NCBI GenBank assembly: GCA_000091205.1
Contig: AP006485.2
Length of the DNA: 64,000 bases
From: Cyanidioschyzon merolae
Lineage: Eukaryota
Strand: one strand, 5' to 3'
Positions 1 through 11,506 of this stretch are shown piece by piece. Below the pieces are notes generated by a model that saw nothing but the letters and a program-made list of their open reading frames with translations, made no database searches and was not told the origin of the DNA. A program made the translations under genes and the position numbers. The stretch's first letter is position 1, and each line of letters opens with the position of its first letter.

Positions 1-1638
1 CGAGCAAGTCGTGGGCGCAGCAGTGCACCCCGCCGTATTGGCGAGGAAAACGCGTAGTGTCGTTCGTTGATGACTTGCTCACAAGCTCATGCCGAACGGT
101 CACCGAACTCGTTACGTCAAATAACCGATTCCATTCGAAAGCCAAATTTTCCTCTCTTCGAGATCATCCCTGAGACGGCACTCGGCAGCAGCACGGTAAT
201 GCGCTAGAGGTATGCTTCAAGAGGCTCCCGTCTCTTCTGTTTACGTGGGGCAGTGGACTTTTTCCGGACCGCGGTCATCGCAGCTATCGCTTCCAATCGA
301 CAGGGCGCAACCGCTTTGCATGAAGAGAGCGTAGACGATTCGACATTCCCTGACTTGCTGTCCCGCCCGGAATTTCGTCCTGGTACGCACTTCATTATGG
401 ATAACAGCGCGTTCGATGAATCCTCTGTCGGGCGGCACAACAAATGCTAGCGTAAACGACGGATTCGGTATGCACGAGGCGCGGTTGCACAGAAAAAGCA
501 GGGGATCCGAGGATGAAGCATCCGGCGCAATAGCGATGGAGAGAAGCGAGGTTAGCCTTCGCAACTAGCTACACGTATGCGTCGAGCGATGAAACAATCC
601 TGGAAGCATGGCACGGGCGGTGCTGTAGGAAGGCATTGTGATGGGCATTCAGGAACACCTGACCACAGTTACTTGTAACAATTACGAAGGGCGCAACGAG
701 GCTGCACGCGAACAAATTGAAAATACCAAGCACGGGTCCTAACCTCCACCTGTGCATGCAACGAATCGACAACAGCAGGATGCTGCGAAATCAAGACTTG
801 CACAGGGCAAACGATACATTCGATTGCCGACAGTGGAGCTGGCGTCACCGGAGTGACCGACTTATGTTAGGCACGATACTAGAGAGAGAGAGCAAAAGGA
901 TTCAGTTGCAGAAAAAACCGACACAGGCTTTTTCTCATGATAATAGTACAACCACCAGCGTTCACAATCGACGCCCGAACTCGCCGAGCGGACCTCTTCC
1001 ATGCAATGCGCTTATGAATGTACTCATGTTCGGCGCGCGAGGCCCCGATTCAAAACAGGAGCTTTCAAGTCGCTTTTCGATACCTGATTCGCCCCCGAGA
1101 TGGACCTGAAGTCACGTGCCTCTCGCGACTTTACTGCTGCATCCCAGCAATCGCTCCTCCAAGCGGTGCGTATCGCAAATCGACTCTGCACAGAAGGCGT
1201 TTTTGCACCCTTGCCCCTTTGCGTACGGGAACGCTCGCCTCTTGGCATCCTGCGCGAACGCCTCCGGACTCCTGGGCGTACACGTTTGCTCCGCGTTCCA
1301 CTGCCACGAGTCTGAAGCACCACCAAAGCCAAAAGCTGAAACACATCCATAACGAATATGACGTAGCGAGATCGCTTGCGAGATGCACAGCGTACCTGTA
1401 CCGACTTGTGCAAACAAGCCTGGCGGCGTCGTGGTGCACTGCCTCGGCACGCGCGTCCTCGAGCCGACGCCCTCTGTATTATAGAAAAGCAGTTCTGCCC
1501 TGGTGCAGCAACCGCACCGGCGCTATAGACGCCATTGCGGTCGCGTTCGGCAGGCACTAGGCAAAAGATAGGACGTATCAAACGATCAGACTATCCGAGA
1601 AGAGGTTTAATTCATGTAACTTGGACGAAGAGGGTTTG

Positions 1639-3891
1639 ATGGATACCTCACCGTGCACTGGAAAAGAAAAGAAAAGAAAGAGCGCATCATCTGAGAACGC
1701 TGGCCTAAGTAAACGTTTTGTCAATGAACGTGAAAAATCGCTTGGGGCACCGCCCTGCACGAGATACCCATGTTCTCGAGCTCTGTTGAAACTCGAATTG
1801 CGCTTGCCTCTGAGAATGGCGAACCAGCGACGAGCCCGTAAAAATCAAAGTAAAACAAATCAAAGGATAAACAGGGATAACAAACACAGCAGGGAAAGCG
1901 CTGAGGAAGAGGAAACGCTCAACTGTACCTGCCAGCGTCCGTACGTAGACGGAGAGCTGGTCGTCTGCTGCGACGCCTGCACGGAGTGGTTCCATCCGAC
2001 TTGTGTCGCTCTTTCGCACGAGGAAGCTGAAGCGTTACCGGTGTTCGTGTGTCCAGGGTGTTTGGAGGAAGCGGCTGCTGCCACAGCATCTGCAGAGAAA
2101 CGCAAGCTTGCGAACAAGTTTCGCGAAGCACACCTGCGCTACGTGCAGCAGAAGCGTCAACGTCGGTACGAGCACCGGCAATCCGTTGAGGCAGCAGCTG
2201 CTGCTGCTCTGCAAACGCACCAGAGCAGCTCGAGCAGTAGTAGCGGACTTGCAGAGGACCCGCTCGTCTCCAGATGTGGGGTCTCAGTACCGCCCGAGCG
2301 CGTTGTTTCGGAGACAGCGTCGGCTCCGAAGAAGCGCCGCCGTCCGAGCGCAAACGAAGCATCTCCTGCTTCTGAGCCGGGGCCGGCTCCCGAGCAGGAG
2401 TCGACGCCCGTATCCCCGAAGAAGAAGCGGGTGAGCGGGGATGGAAAACCTGTAGAGCCCATACGGCAAAAGGCACGCCAAATGCTGTATGAAGCGCTAC
2501 GTTCCCCAGTTGCCTATGAAATAGAATCGGCCTTATTTGAGCTCATGGATCACAAGGTTCACGATGACTACCGTGCTCGTTTACGGAACCTCGTGGCCAA
2601 CCTGCGCGACCAGCGAAACGACGAACTTCGCGAAGCCGTGATCAGTGGCTCGATATCTCCGTCCACACTATGCCAGATGAACTCAGAGGAGCTGGCTTGC
2701 AAGGAGCTTCGCATCAAGCGCCAAGAACAGCTAACACGTGCAGAAAAGCTCCGCGTCATTGAGAGCGCTGAACAAGTTGGTCTCATTTTCAAAGAGGTTC
2801 CGCCAGCGAATGCACGTGATTCAGATGACCCCGAAACGATTCACGCTCTTGATGCAAACATAGATACTCGAGAAAATTCGAGTGAAGCGCCCAAAGTGCT
2901 ACCATCCGCGGAAACTGCAGAGCAAGGCAGCGCGACCCGGACATTGTCTCCCGATGCGCCGCTTTCACCTGCACAGAACGACATGATCGCGCACGCCAAG
3001 GATACCACTGAACCGCTGAGCGCTGCCGATTGCCCCTCTACACAGACCGACACGACCACTGTTCACGAAACAACGTCAGCAACGACTTTGCAGGCGGAGC
3101 AGACGCATCTCCCGCCGCGACTCCCCGCAGATTTGGAACCCGTTCGATGCTTTCAGGAGAACGCTTTTACGGTCTACGAGGCGGAGCCGCTGGAAGCTGC
3201 ACACACACCGGACGACACGTCGACGCCCGAATCTGATCCATACATGCCCGTAACCCAGCCAGCACCATCATATGCAAAGCTCGAAAGCGAAACGCCTGCA
3301 TTGCCGTCATCCTTGCAGGTCTTCCAGTGGCACGGCAAGATCGCCACCGGTGCTGCCCCAGCATTTAAACCTGTTCTTTACGTGGGTCGAAACTATCCTG
3401 CGTCCATGAGCGAGCTCACCCGGCTCGCAGAGCTTCTGGGTGGCCACACCGTGCAACTCAACGAGATGGCACGAATACGTCAGCGAGACGCACTTGCCTT
3501 CATTCGCGACGTTCGGGAGCGTTCCAGCTCCCGGCGGTTGCTTTTGTTTCACGTTGGCTTGAATGCGATGGATACCGATGCCGCGGCTCGTTGCCTCAAA
3601 GCCGTGAACGAATTTCGGAAGCGAGATCGTGCTTCCTTGTTGATGCGAAATGATGTGCTGGAGTTGTACTTGTTGCCAGTCACGGACGACACCGCAGCCT
3701 ATGTAGACGAGGTCTGCAATCCGGACGGAGCGCTTCTCGCTTGTGTCGTTCGTCGAGACGCGCTCGAGGCACCGCTGCGCTCCGGAATGAATGTCGACGC
3801 GGGAGGCGCCTCAGCAGAGGTCGCTCAACCGCCGGGCTTTGACATCAGTCTCGCTTTGCAGATCCTCAGTCGACAATATCGCCCTTCATAA
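1639..3891 (+). CDS. PHD finger / TFIIS-central / SPOC domain protein (PHF3/DIDO/Bye1-like)
   Basis: Long ORF whose listed start is TTG; the first ATG is at 1639. It has a C4HC3 PHD signature (CTCQRPY...CCDACTEWFHPTCV...CPGC). A TFIIS-M-like block follows (ARQMLYEALRS...LRNLVANLRD...). The C-terminal region resembles the SPOC domain of PHF3/DIDO. Confidence 0.55.
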   Translation: MDTSPCTGKEKKRKSASSENAGLSKRFVNEREKSLGAPPCTRYPCSRALLKLELRLPLRMANQRRARKNQSKTNQRINRDNKHSRESAEEEETLNCTCQRPYVDGELVVCCDACTEWFHPTCVALSHEEAEALPVFVCPGCLEEAAAATASAEKRKLANKFREAHLRYVQQKRQRRYEHRQSVEAAAAAALQTHQSSSSSSSGLAEDPLVSRCGVSVPPERVVSETASAPKKRRRPSANEASPASEPGPAPEQESTPVSPKKKRVSGDGKPVEPIRQKARQMLYEALRSPVAYEIESALFELMDHKVHDDYRARLRNLVANLRDQRNDELREAVISGSISPSTLCQMNSEELACKELRIKRQEQLTRAEKLRVIESAEQVGLIFKEVPPANARDSDDPETIHALDANIDTRENSSEAPKVLPSAETAEQGSATRTLSPDAPLSPAQNDMIAHAKDTTEPLSAADCPSTQTDTTTVHETTSATTLQAEQTHLPPRLPADLEPVRCFQENAFTVYEAEPLEAAHTPDDTSTPESDPYMPVTQPAPSYAKLESETPALPSSLQVFQWHGKIATGAAPAFKPVLYVGRNYPASMSELTRLAELLGGHTVQLNEMARIRQRDALAFIRDVRERSSSRRLLLFHVGLNAMDTDAAARCLKAVNEFRKRDRASLLMRNDVLELYLLPVTDDTAAYVDEVCNPDGALLACVVRRDALEAPLRSGMNVDAGGASAEVAQPPGFDISLALQILSRQYRPS

Positions 3892-4113
3892 TGCCGAAAG
3901 CCGGTGCGTTCGAGTCAAATAGCGACCTAGTCAAGAAGCGACTTGGACAGCATCCGCTGGGAGACCAGGTGCCCGGGTGAAGCGCACAGCGGCGTACGAC
4001 GCCAGCAGCTGTGCGCAGAACGCTCCAAAAGCCATGAACTGGTGATCGATCGCGCGCTGCACTGAACAACGATGATGAGGATGAGGATGAGAATGAGAGG
4101 CATCGAGCATTTG

Positions 4114-7100
4114 TCAACAGAACCCGGATTCGGTACATACGACATTGCACGCCCGAAGTAACGCGAGCACTTGGGACAGTTGCTTTTCTGCGGGGAGTTT
4201 TCCTGTGCCGCGCAGTAGGATTTGCGTTCCCTGGATACTCGATCGACAGGAGATATGTTCGATGTTCAGAGCTGAGAGCGCTCGCGACCTTGTACTCATC
4301 TGCCTCAGCTCGTCCAGAATCTGCTTCCAGATGTGGACTGGTGCTGGACTCTGTAGGACGGTGTCCGATCCTTCGGAGCTAATCCGCAAAACGCCCAGCT
4401 GCCGCGCATACAACCTTGTCTTCATCATTAATACAAGGTGTTGAAGAGGTTTGGGCATGGGCCGTCCGCGCAAAACGTCGGCAAATTCTTCATCAAGCTC
4501 AGATTCACTGCCCACGGAAGTGAGGTCACGGTAGACCTGGGCCCTCTGTTGCGAGTCCGGAATGAGATAACGCGGTATAGCTGGTGAGAGTCCCTGCAGC
4601 GCAAATTCGCAGACACACATGTACTCTCGAAGGGATGGCGATGGCGCCGACGAGTCGGCGAACGTCCTCTCCCTCTTCTGTTTGTACTGCAGATGCTTGA
4701 TCGCTTCTCGTAACATTTTCGTGAAGAGCTCTGGCCCCAGATTCCATTGTGTTCCAGACTGGCTTGCTCCGAGCAAGTCGCCTGCTCCGCGAATCTCCAG
4801 GTCTCTTTGGGCGATCCGCAGTCCGACAGAACGCGGGTTGCGCTTTTGTGCGGATCGCTCTTGCGTAAGTTCCCGCAAAGCCTGCAACCGCATCTGTGCG
4901 TCCTGGTTGTCCTCGATCACCCTCGAATCAAATAAGTAGAGGCAGTATGCCTGGAGATTAGCGCAGCGACCTACACGTCCTCGCAGCTGGTACAGCTGGG
5001 CGAGGCCGAACTTGTGCGCGCTCTCCACGATCATCGTTCCAGCCGATGGAATGTCGATGCCGTTCTCGACAATCGTTGTCGACAAAAGTATTCTACCACG
5101 ACCAGAAGCGAACGAAACCATGACATCTTCCAAGCGACTCGTTCGACTGTGCCCGACCAGGATCGGGTAGTGTACCACCTCCAGTTTCTTGGACGCGAGC
5201 GATGCCTTGATGCGCTCGTAGGCGGCTGGAATGTCCGCGATGCGCGGCACGACGTAAAAGACTTGACCTCCTCGTCTCAATTCATGAGCGATTGCCTTGG
5301 CTACTAGCAATTCGCTCTCCGGACCTTGCGCAAGAATGAACGTGCGGACTGGTAAGCGAGACGCCGGTGCTCGATGAATCATGCTAACATCCCGGATGCC
5401 GGAAAGCGCCATGTAGAGTGTCCGCGGAATGGGTGTTGCACTCAGAGTCAGCACATCAACGGCAATATCGTCGGCATAAAACGACCTCGTTTGATCGAGA
5501 ATTTTGATCTTTTCCTTGTGCGTTACGCCGAATCGCTGCTCTTCATCGATGACGAGCAGCAGGCCATCGCGAGCAATCCGCGGAGCATTGCCCGATGCAG
5601 GGGTCAGTGTTGGTGACCCACTCCGACTCCGAGCGGCCGCAGCTGCAGTTGCGTCTGCCGCTGTCTGCGCATCGTTCACATGCCGTCGGCGCAAATGGAA
5701 GCGCACGCGCTCATTGAGCAGGGCATGCGTCCCCACCAGAATATCTATCTTGCCTGAAGCAACGTCTTCAAGCACTTGGCGTGCCTCCCTTGTGGAGACA
5801 TCGCGATACAGGGCCCCAATACGCACGTATTCGGGCATACGTCGCCGCAGCGTCCGCAGGTGCTGGGCGGCGAGCGTTGTGGTTGGTGCCAAGACTGCTA
5901 CCTGCCGGTTGTTCAAGATTGCTAAAAATATCGCACGCATCGCGACCTCGGTCTTGCCCACACCCACATCTCCACAAATCAAGCGGTCCATCGGCAGATC
6001 CCTCTCACAAAGATCGGAGAAAACGTCAGCAACGCACCTTTGCTGATCCTCTGTGAGACCGCCCGCCCTGTTGTACTCGAAAGCGCTATCAAAATCTACG
6101 TATAACGGATCTTTCGGATCAAATCGATAACGCGGACGCTTCACCGACTTTCGAAGCGCCTCAATTTGCAGGATATCTATTGCTGCCTTTTGGACGGCCT
6201 TGAAGGCACGGTTCCGTCGCTGCTCCCAGTTACGCGTCCGGCTGATGGCGTCTAGCCGAGGTTTGCCGCCAAGCGCTCGTTTTTTCACTCTCGAGGCTTT
6301 GCCTGAGCCTGGCTTTCGACCCCGCACCGACCTTGATGTCTCTACCTCTTCGTATGGCAGTTCACTATCTTCATCAGTGTCCTCGTCGACGTCCAAAACA
6401 CCGGACTGAAGCCGAGACAACAGTTCTACTTGGTCCACGGGTACGCGAAGGATCCCGTCGGCGTACTGCAACACAATGAACTCCTGCAACTCCGTGGCGT
6501 TTCCTGTGCTGTTATTGAGAATTCGTCTTCGTAAGAACTCCAAACCGAGATACTTCCCCACGCCGTACGTGTTGTGCACAACGTAGTCATTCGGAAATAT
6601 GTCTCCGAGCGGGACTGCTCGAAGCTTTCCTTCCTCAGGGTCGCTTTCCTCTGGTTGACTCGGATGAATCGAGGGTACCACCAACGCCGACTGAACGCTC
6701 AAGCGCTTCCATAGTGCCGGCGAGCCTGTCCGTGAAAACGCTCCCCGACACAGGCGATGCACAAAGCCTCTTCGTATTGAGACGTGCCTCGTATGCCAAG
6801 CACCTACCACCGTTGCTTTGGGGCATGATACCTGCTTTCGCGAAGCTAAAGCACAGTAGAGCCACATTTCATAGCCTCCTCCGCTCGGCCACTCAATAGC
6901 CTGGAAAGGAGAAGCAGCTTGCGTTCCTTTCCAAGGCGCTCCAGTAGCACGCGTTCGAGGTCGAGTACCGGAGCGCTGCGATCGCCCAGCGCCGACGTCG
7001 GTACCAGGGCACCGCCACCGCTGGTGATCTGCGTACTGGGCATTGCGCACGAGTTGCAGCACAATGTGTATCTCTCCCTGAGTGTATGTGTGTGTGTGTT

Positions 7101-7122
7101 TGAGTTTGAGTATCGACTGCAA
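4114..7122 (-). CDS. Mfd / transcription-repair coupling factor homologue (RID + RecG-like helicase + TRG region); 5' start uncertain
   Basis: CarD/TRCF RNAP-interacting motif DYVVHNTYGVGKYLGLEF...LQYADGILRVPVDQVELLSRL. SF2 helicase motifs are present (GDVGVGKTEVA Walker A, DEEQRFGV, SAT, QLRGRVGR). The maximal ORF begins inside a (GT)n microsatellite, so the true start is probably downstream, for example M86 near 6867. The N-terminal extension is S/R-rich and may be an organellar presequence. Confidence 0.6.
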   Translation of the reverse strand: MQSILKLKHTHTYTQGEIHIVLQLVRNAQYADHQRWRCPGTDVGAGRSQRSGTRPRTRATGAPWKGTQAASPFQAIEWPSGGGYEMWLYCALASRKQVSCPKATVVGAWHTRHVSIRRGFVHRLCRGAFSRTGSPALWKRLSVQSALVVPSIHPSQPEESDPEEGKLRAVPLGDIFPNDYVVHNTYGVGKYLGLEFLRRRILNNSTGNATELQEFIVLQYADGILRVPVDQVELLSRLQSGVLDVDEDTDEDSELPYEEVETSRSVRGRKPGSGKASRVKKRALGGKPRLDAISRTRNWEQRRNRAFKAVQKAAIDILQIEALRKSVKRPRYRFDPKDPLYVDFDSAFEYNRAGGLTEDQQRCVADVFSDLCERDLPMDRLICGDVGVGKTEVAMRAIFLAILNNRQVAVLAPTTTLAAQHLRTLRRRMPEYVRIGALYRDVSTREARQVLEDVASGKIDILVGTHALLNERVRFHLRRRHVNDAQTAADATAAAAARSRSGSPTLTPASGNAPRIARDGLLLVIDEEQRFGVTHKEKIKILDQTRSFYADDIAVDVLTLSATPIPRTLYMALSGIRDVSMIHRAPASRLPVRTFILAQGPESELLVAKAIAHELRRGGQVFYVVPRIADIPAAYERIKASLASKKLEVVHYPILVGHSRTSRLEDVMVSFASGRGRILLSTTIVENGIDIPSAGTMIVESAHKFGLAQLYQLRGRVGRCANLQAYCLYLFDSRVIEDNQDAQMRLQALRELTQERSAQKRNPRSVGLRIAQRDLEIRGAGDLLGASQSGTQWNLGPELFTKMLREAIKHLQYKQKRERTFADSSAPSPSLREYMCVCEFALQGLSPAIPRYLIPDSQQRAQVYRDLTSVGSESELDEEFADVLRGRPMPKPLQHLVLMMKTRLYARQLGVLRISSEGSDTVLQSPAPVHIWKQILDELRQMSTRSRALSALNIEHISCRSSIQGTQILLRGTGKLPAEKQLSQVLALLRACNVVCTESGFC
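7079..7110. repeat. (GT)n/(GAGTTT) microsatellite
   Basis: The run tgtatgtgtgtgtgtgtttgagtttgag is visible directly. Confidence 0.8.
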
Positions 7123-7276
7123 AGCACGCGCTGCGACGCTACCCTACACCCGTGTCAGGTGAAAGGAGCATACTAAAGTGCTCGGTGTTCCTGGATATCG
7201 ATTTTGTCTGAAAGCTTTTTGGTTTGTGGAATATGTATTCTACCATTGTAACAGGAAGGGCATGAGGTTTCATATG

Positions 7277-8487
7277 TAATTAAGGGATTCTCGGCCGTCT
7301 TTTCTGACATGCTTGTTCGACGCTCTGCCGTCGAAACGCAGGGAGGCTCGGGAGCCAAGACGATTTGCAACGAAATCGAGCTAGGGCTGGTAAAACAAGC
7401 GTTAGCACGATTTAATGCATACATACAAGCCTTTTGCATGTGCGTACCCTTCCGTGCAGCACGCTCGATTCACGCATGCTTCCAGTTTTCGACCGCTCTG
7501 TTTCAGGGCTGCTCGTGCGCGCACCAATACCTACTGCGTATGCGGCTCGGCGAAGTGCTCAACGCCATCTCTTGACGGGCTGTTCGCAAACTCGTGCCGA
7601 ACACTCACCGGACCTGTCATCTTCAGATGATCATCGATTTCGTTCGATAGACAAACTCGCACCTCGTACCCGCCATCGACGAGGCGTCATTCCGCAGCAG
7701 CTGCATATCCCGCACGGAATATGCTCACAGAAGCGCTCCCGTCTCTTCGGGTGCATCGAAGGGCGTCACGGAGTCGGACGTTGGTCGTCGCTGCGATGGA
7801 TTTCATAGGAGAGCGCGTACACGCTTTTCAGTGGGAAGGCGTCGGGCGGTCGAAGTCCTGCGACTTGTCCTCCAGCCAGGGGACTCGCTCCGGTGTATTT
7901 TGCATCGCGGATAGCATTGCATTCCAGAAACCCTCGATCGATTGGAACGTCGTTCGCCTGCGTGTCCAGCGCGCAGAGTACTCGCTGAGCGGACAGCGCA
8001 GAAGACGCCCCTAGTCGCAGGGTACGCCAACAGGCGCTGAAACGTGTGATGGCATGCGAGGGAAGCTTTCCTCGCCCGTCGAGTGCATATACCTATGCGA
8101 TGAAGCGTACCCTCCGGAGCCTCAGGGCGGTTCTCCGCGGAGGAGGTTTGGTCGACATATAGGACAACGCAACCAGGCACCAGTCGCATATCTGGAAGAA
8201 GGTGCGTCGACGCAGTGTACAACGAACGTGAGAGTGGAAAGCGATGCGTAGGACACAACCAGCGCCTGCACATGAAATGCGTCGCTCTTTGCTGCAATCG
8301 GTGAACTCGTGGCTTGAATGGTGCCAGCACCACCGTTGGACGGCTTCCAAGAGAGCTGGAGGAAAAACATGAACCATTGTATGTAAAGCCGAAGATAAGA
8401 GAGAGAGAGACAGAGTAGGGAAGCAGTCGCAGAGGAAGCCAGCAAAGGCTGGTGTCGTTGACAATTGGAAGAGACCCAAACTTTAGA
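7277..8487 (+). repeat. RepA copy 1 (1.2 kb dispersed direct repeat, unknown class)
   Basis: Near-identical to 16091..17298; identical ORF translations recur at 7309/16122, 7434/16178 and 7803/16616. It contains a (GA)n tract at about 8396. No recognisable protein domain. Confidence 0.85.
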
Positions 8488-9032
8488 ACGTGCGCCCCAG
8501 TCAGGTATGCGGATCCGTTCCGTTCTATTCCCCCGTGGGTGTAGCAGGGAGGCCGTAGGAGTTCTGGTTGTTTAAAAATATTTTGATGCAAGCCGTGTGT
8601 CGCCGAGAGTTTATCCGTACTTGTTCCGTCATATGCATGCGTACCGCGGCATAGATTTCATGCGGACGTCCACAGTGCTTGCAAGTTCATGCTTCCTACT
8701 CTGGGTGTGAAACGAACCACACAACGGTACCACGGATGGCAAACGTTCTCGGAATCACCCACCCACTGAGCGGGCATCGGGTTTCAGGACGCGAGTCCAC
8801 GATTCCACACCGACTTGCGGCTCAGTCGAAGGGGCGCAACAAATACCTCGGAGGTTTTTACGGATGCATAGGATCCCCAGACTGATACAGCGACTCCATG
8901 GTACGGCCGTCTCACGTCACAAAATTGTGGAGCGGAAAACAGTCTATTGAAAGCATCAGCTTCGAAACTTGAGTTGCTGTATCCATCTGATGGCTGAAGC
9001 TATCTTGGTAATCCTTCAGCAAGCACGACAAC

Positions 9033-9677
9033 TCTGCGATATCTCCTATGCGCTCATAGCGTTAAACAAGGCGTTGTGCATTCGAGCGGTGTTAGGTCCC
9101 CTGTCAAGGAGCCCTGTGCAGAGTACCGCGGACGCACCACACAAAGGATACTGGCAAGCCGCAGAGGACGCTACGAGCGGGCAGCGTTTAAGGCGCGAGT
9201 CGCCCGCTCACGGACGCTCGAGGCACACTTCCCGAACCGGATACGGCTGCTAGCGAAGTATCGCTCCGTCGAAGTACTATGTCGTACTGCTGCACGCTCG
9301 TTCAGTTTCTCCTTTACCAGTCTTTGGTGCCTCGGAAATCGGATCGCCTGCCTAGCGTGCCGTTTATTGTCTGATCGGGTGGCGGTCGTCGACGACTACG
9401 CCCTACTGGAAACTACGGTTGCGGCATCTGTTGTTGTGGTTGTCGACGTAGTCGTCGTCGCTCACGCTGCTCATTACCGTGGATTACTGCAGTGCACTCT
9501 GCTGCATTGCACTGCAGATCGAGCCGCTGCTGCGCGACGTAGTGCATACCAGGAGGCACGAGGCCGTCGGCGTGCGCACGAACACGAGGCTGTGCACAGC
9601 ATAACTGTTTACGTAGGGCGTTGGTGCCAGGAGCGTTGTCTCGTCCAGGTGGTGAGCGGCTGTTCGCGACACTAGGT
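9033..9677 (+). repeat. RepB copy 1 (0.65 kb repeat, unknown class)
   Basis: Near-identical to 61068..61718; the ORF translations at 9076..9675 and 61023..61709 are shared. It contains a perfect 10 bp inverted repeat, ctgcagtgca-N11-tgcactgcag. Confidence 0.85.
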
Positions 9678-9766
9678 CGAACTGGTGAAGGTCTTCTTCA
9701 TGGGCGCATACCTGGTCTCGAACCGCCCCTCTCAAGCGTGACCTTATCGCGCCTGCGACATAAGTC

Positions 9767-11506
9767 ATGAAAACCGAAGTTGTTGCTTCATGGCCGCTGT
9801 ATCTGATCAACACAAATATCGACGAATTTCTCGAAGAAGGCAGCGACACTTCACAAAACCTTGTCGAGCCTTTTCAGATCGGTAGACAGCTGCGTCACAT
9901 AGAAAGCCTGGAACCTAATGAGAGCTACACAGAAGACCTACTTCTAGAATTCGACTTTTTGCAAGGTGGCAACGCAACCGTTGCGAGTCAACTTTTTCCG
10001 TTGAAAGCGAAAGACTCAAGCATCGCAGGTGTGCGCTGGAAGGTTTCGCAGCAAGAGCTAGAAATATGGCACCGTCCACGAACTGCGCACTACGCCCACC
10101 CTGCACTAGACTCGCTTCGATACCCCGCCGCACCAGCACAGTTGACAGCTCAAGCGGAGCGCCCACTTGCAACCTCTCCACTGGCAGGTGATGCAGCAAA
10201 ACGCGTGCACCGACCGGAAGGCGATCACAGCACTAGCAGGCACCAACCCAGTCCGCTGTCTGATGCAGCAGCGAGTTCCAGCGCCCCACGAATCCACTAT
10301 TTAGCGGCCAAGCGTGAGCGTGGCGAGTACAACACCGTTCTGCTGCGAAGAGTTGTCATACCGGGCCAAGGAACTGCTTTTGTTTTGGTGCCCGTGCACG
10401 CTGTCTTGCATATGCTTCCTTCCGGTCTGGTTGATCCCTCGACATCTGGGAGCTTGCAGGGAGGTGAGCCCCTAAGTGATCACCGCGATGTACCGGTCGA
10501 AGTAGATATCGTCTTCCGAAGGAGCGAGCAGAGCAAGACGACCAACGCTAGCGACCTTCTGACGTCACAGCGACGTTTACTCGCAGGCGCAGATCCGTGG
10601 GTGCTCGTGCGTTACGAATCGACAGCAAATGAAGTGAATATTGAAGGAATAAGGCCCGAGCAACTGGATGCTCTCTCTAATGCACCACAAGCGCGTTTCC
10701 TACAGCGGGCTGAGCTCCGAGATCGCTTTGCACCAACAGCAGCGCAGCGCTGTTTCGTGTCGGAGAAATACCAGATTGATTCCGAGACTCTCGGACGGGG
10801 CATTGTGCTGGCAATGGATCGATGGACTGGTGGTCTTGAGCATCTGGGCCCGTCATCACCTCAACTTCGAAAAGCGGATCGATTGCACGCCATCAGCGAT
10901 TACATAGTGAAGCTGCTCCGTCACGCTCAAGTTGTACCGTTTGAACGCCTGTATTCAGTTGTGAATGCGCGCTTCCCTTGCGAAGAGACTGAGCTTGTCG
11001 ACATTTTAGCAGATCAGACGTTTCTTGTCCGTGGCGCTCTCGTGCTAGATAGCGAAATTTTCTTCAATGCTCCCGCAGAAGGATCCCAGTCTTTTCGGCA
11101 ATTGTCTGCGACCAGTGAGCGCGACGAGCTGGTGATGGTGAGAAATCTCGTGCTCGCTCTCTTTGATGAAGCACAGCCCGATGGCACCGTAACTTTGATG
11201 GAGCTTGCCATGCTCAGAGGTCGTACTACGCCAAAACGACTAGCTCGGATTATGAACGGCCTCGCTCGGACAGGTGCCCGTGGTGCGTTCCAATTCCTAG
11301 TCAAGAGATGCAACGACTTGGGCGAAAAATTTCCCGACACAGCCAGCAGGCTATCCGCGCGACTTCGAGGAGCTGCAGAGTTGGCTCGAGCGCGAATCTT
11401 TCTCGGTAATAACTGCAGTAGGACCCATATCCGGACCCAGGCAAAAGCTACCATGACCGCTGGCGATAGAGAGAGGCGCCCGGGTGCAAAGCGACGCCGC
11501 ACTTGA
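9767..11506 (+). CDS. hypothetical protein (579 aa, basic C-terminus with KRRR NLS-like tail)
   Basis: Long ATG-initiated ORF with protein-like composition. I recognised no domain with confidence. Confidence 0.35.
   Translation: MKTEVVASWPLYLINTNIDEFLEEGSDTSQNLVEPFQIGRQLRHIESLEPNESYTEDLLLEFDFLQGGNATVASQLFPLKAKDSSIAGVRWKVSQQELEIWHRPRTAHYAHPALDSLRYPAAPAQLTAQAERPLATSPLAGDAAKRVHRPEGDHSTSRHQPSPLSDAAASSSAPRIHYLAAKRERGEYNTVLLRRVVIPGQGTAFVLVPVHAVLHMLPSGLVDPSTSGSLQGGEPLSDHRDVPVEVDIVFRRSEQSKTTNASDLLTSQRRLLAGADPWVLVRYESTANEVNIEGIRPEQLDALSNAPQARFLQRAELRDRFAPTAAQRCFVSEKYQIDSETLGRGIVLAMDRWTGGLEHLGPSSPQLRKADRLHAISDYIVKLLRHAQVVPFERLYSVVNARFPCEETELVDILADQTFLVRGALVLDSEIFFNAPAEGSQSFRQLSATSERDELVMVRNLVLALFDEAQPDGTVTLMELAMLRGRTTPKRLARIMNGLARTGARGAFQFLVKRCNDLGEKFPDTASRLSARLRGAAELARARIFLGNNCSRTHIRTQAKATMTAGDRERRPGAKRRRT

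Noticed and set aside
1018-1581. Overlapping 180/185 aa ORFs on both strands at the window start
   Set aside because: They are mutually overlapping, Arg/Ala-rich and without motifs. They are most likely spurious ORFs in GC-rich sequence, or part of a gene whose informative portion lies outside the window.
7803-8591. 250-262 aa minus-strand ORFs inside RepA (also 16616..17371) as genes
   Set aside because: The composition is low-complexity (S/R/L-rich) with no motif. Overlapping ORFs exist in several frames on both strands, which is typical of GC-rich non-coding repeat DNA.
9767-11506. Assignment of the 579 aa ORF to RNA polymerase III subunit RPC5
   Set aside because: Only a vague compositional resemblance. 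No conserved RPC5 (Sin-like) block could be aligned, so it is left as hypothetical.
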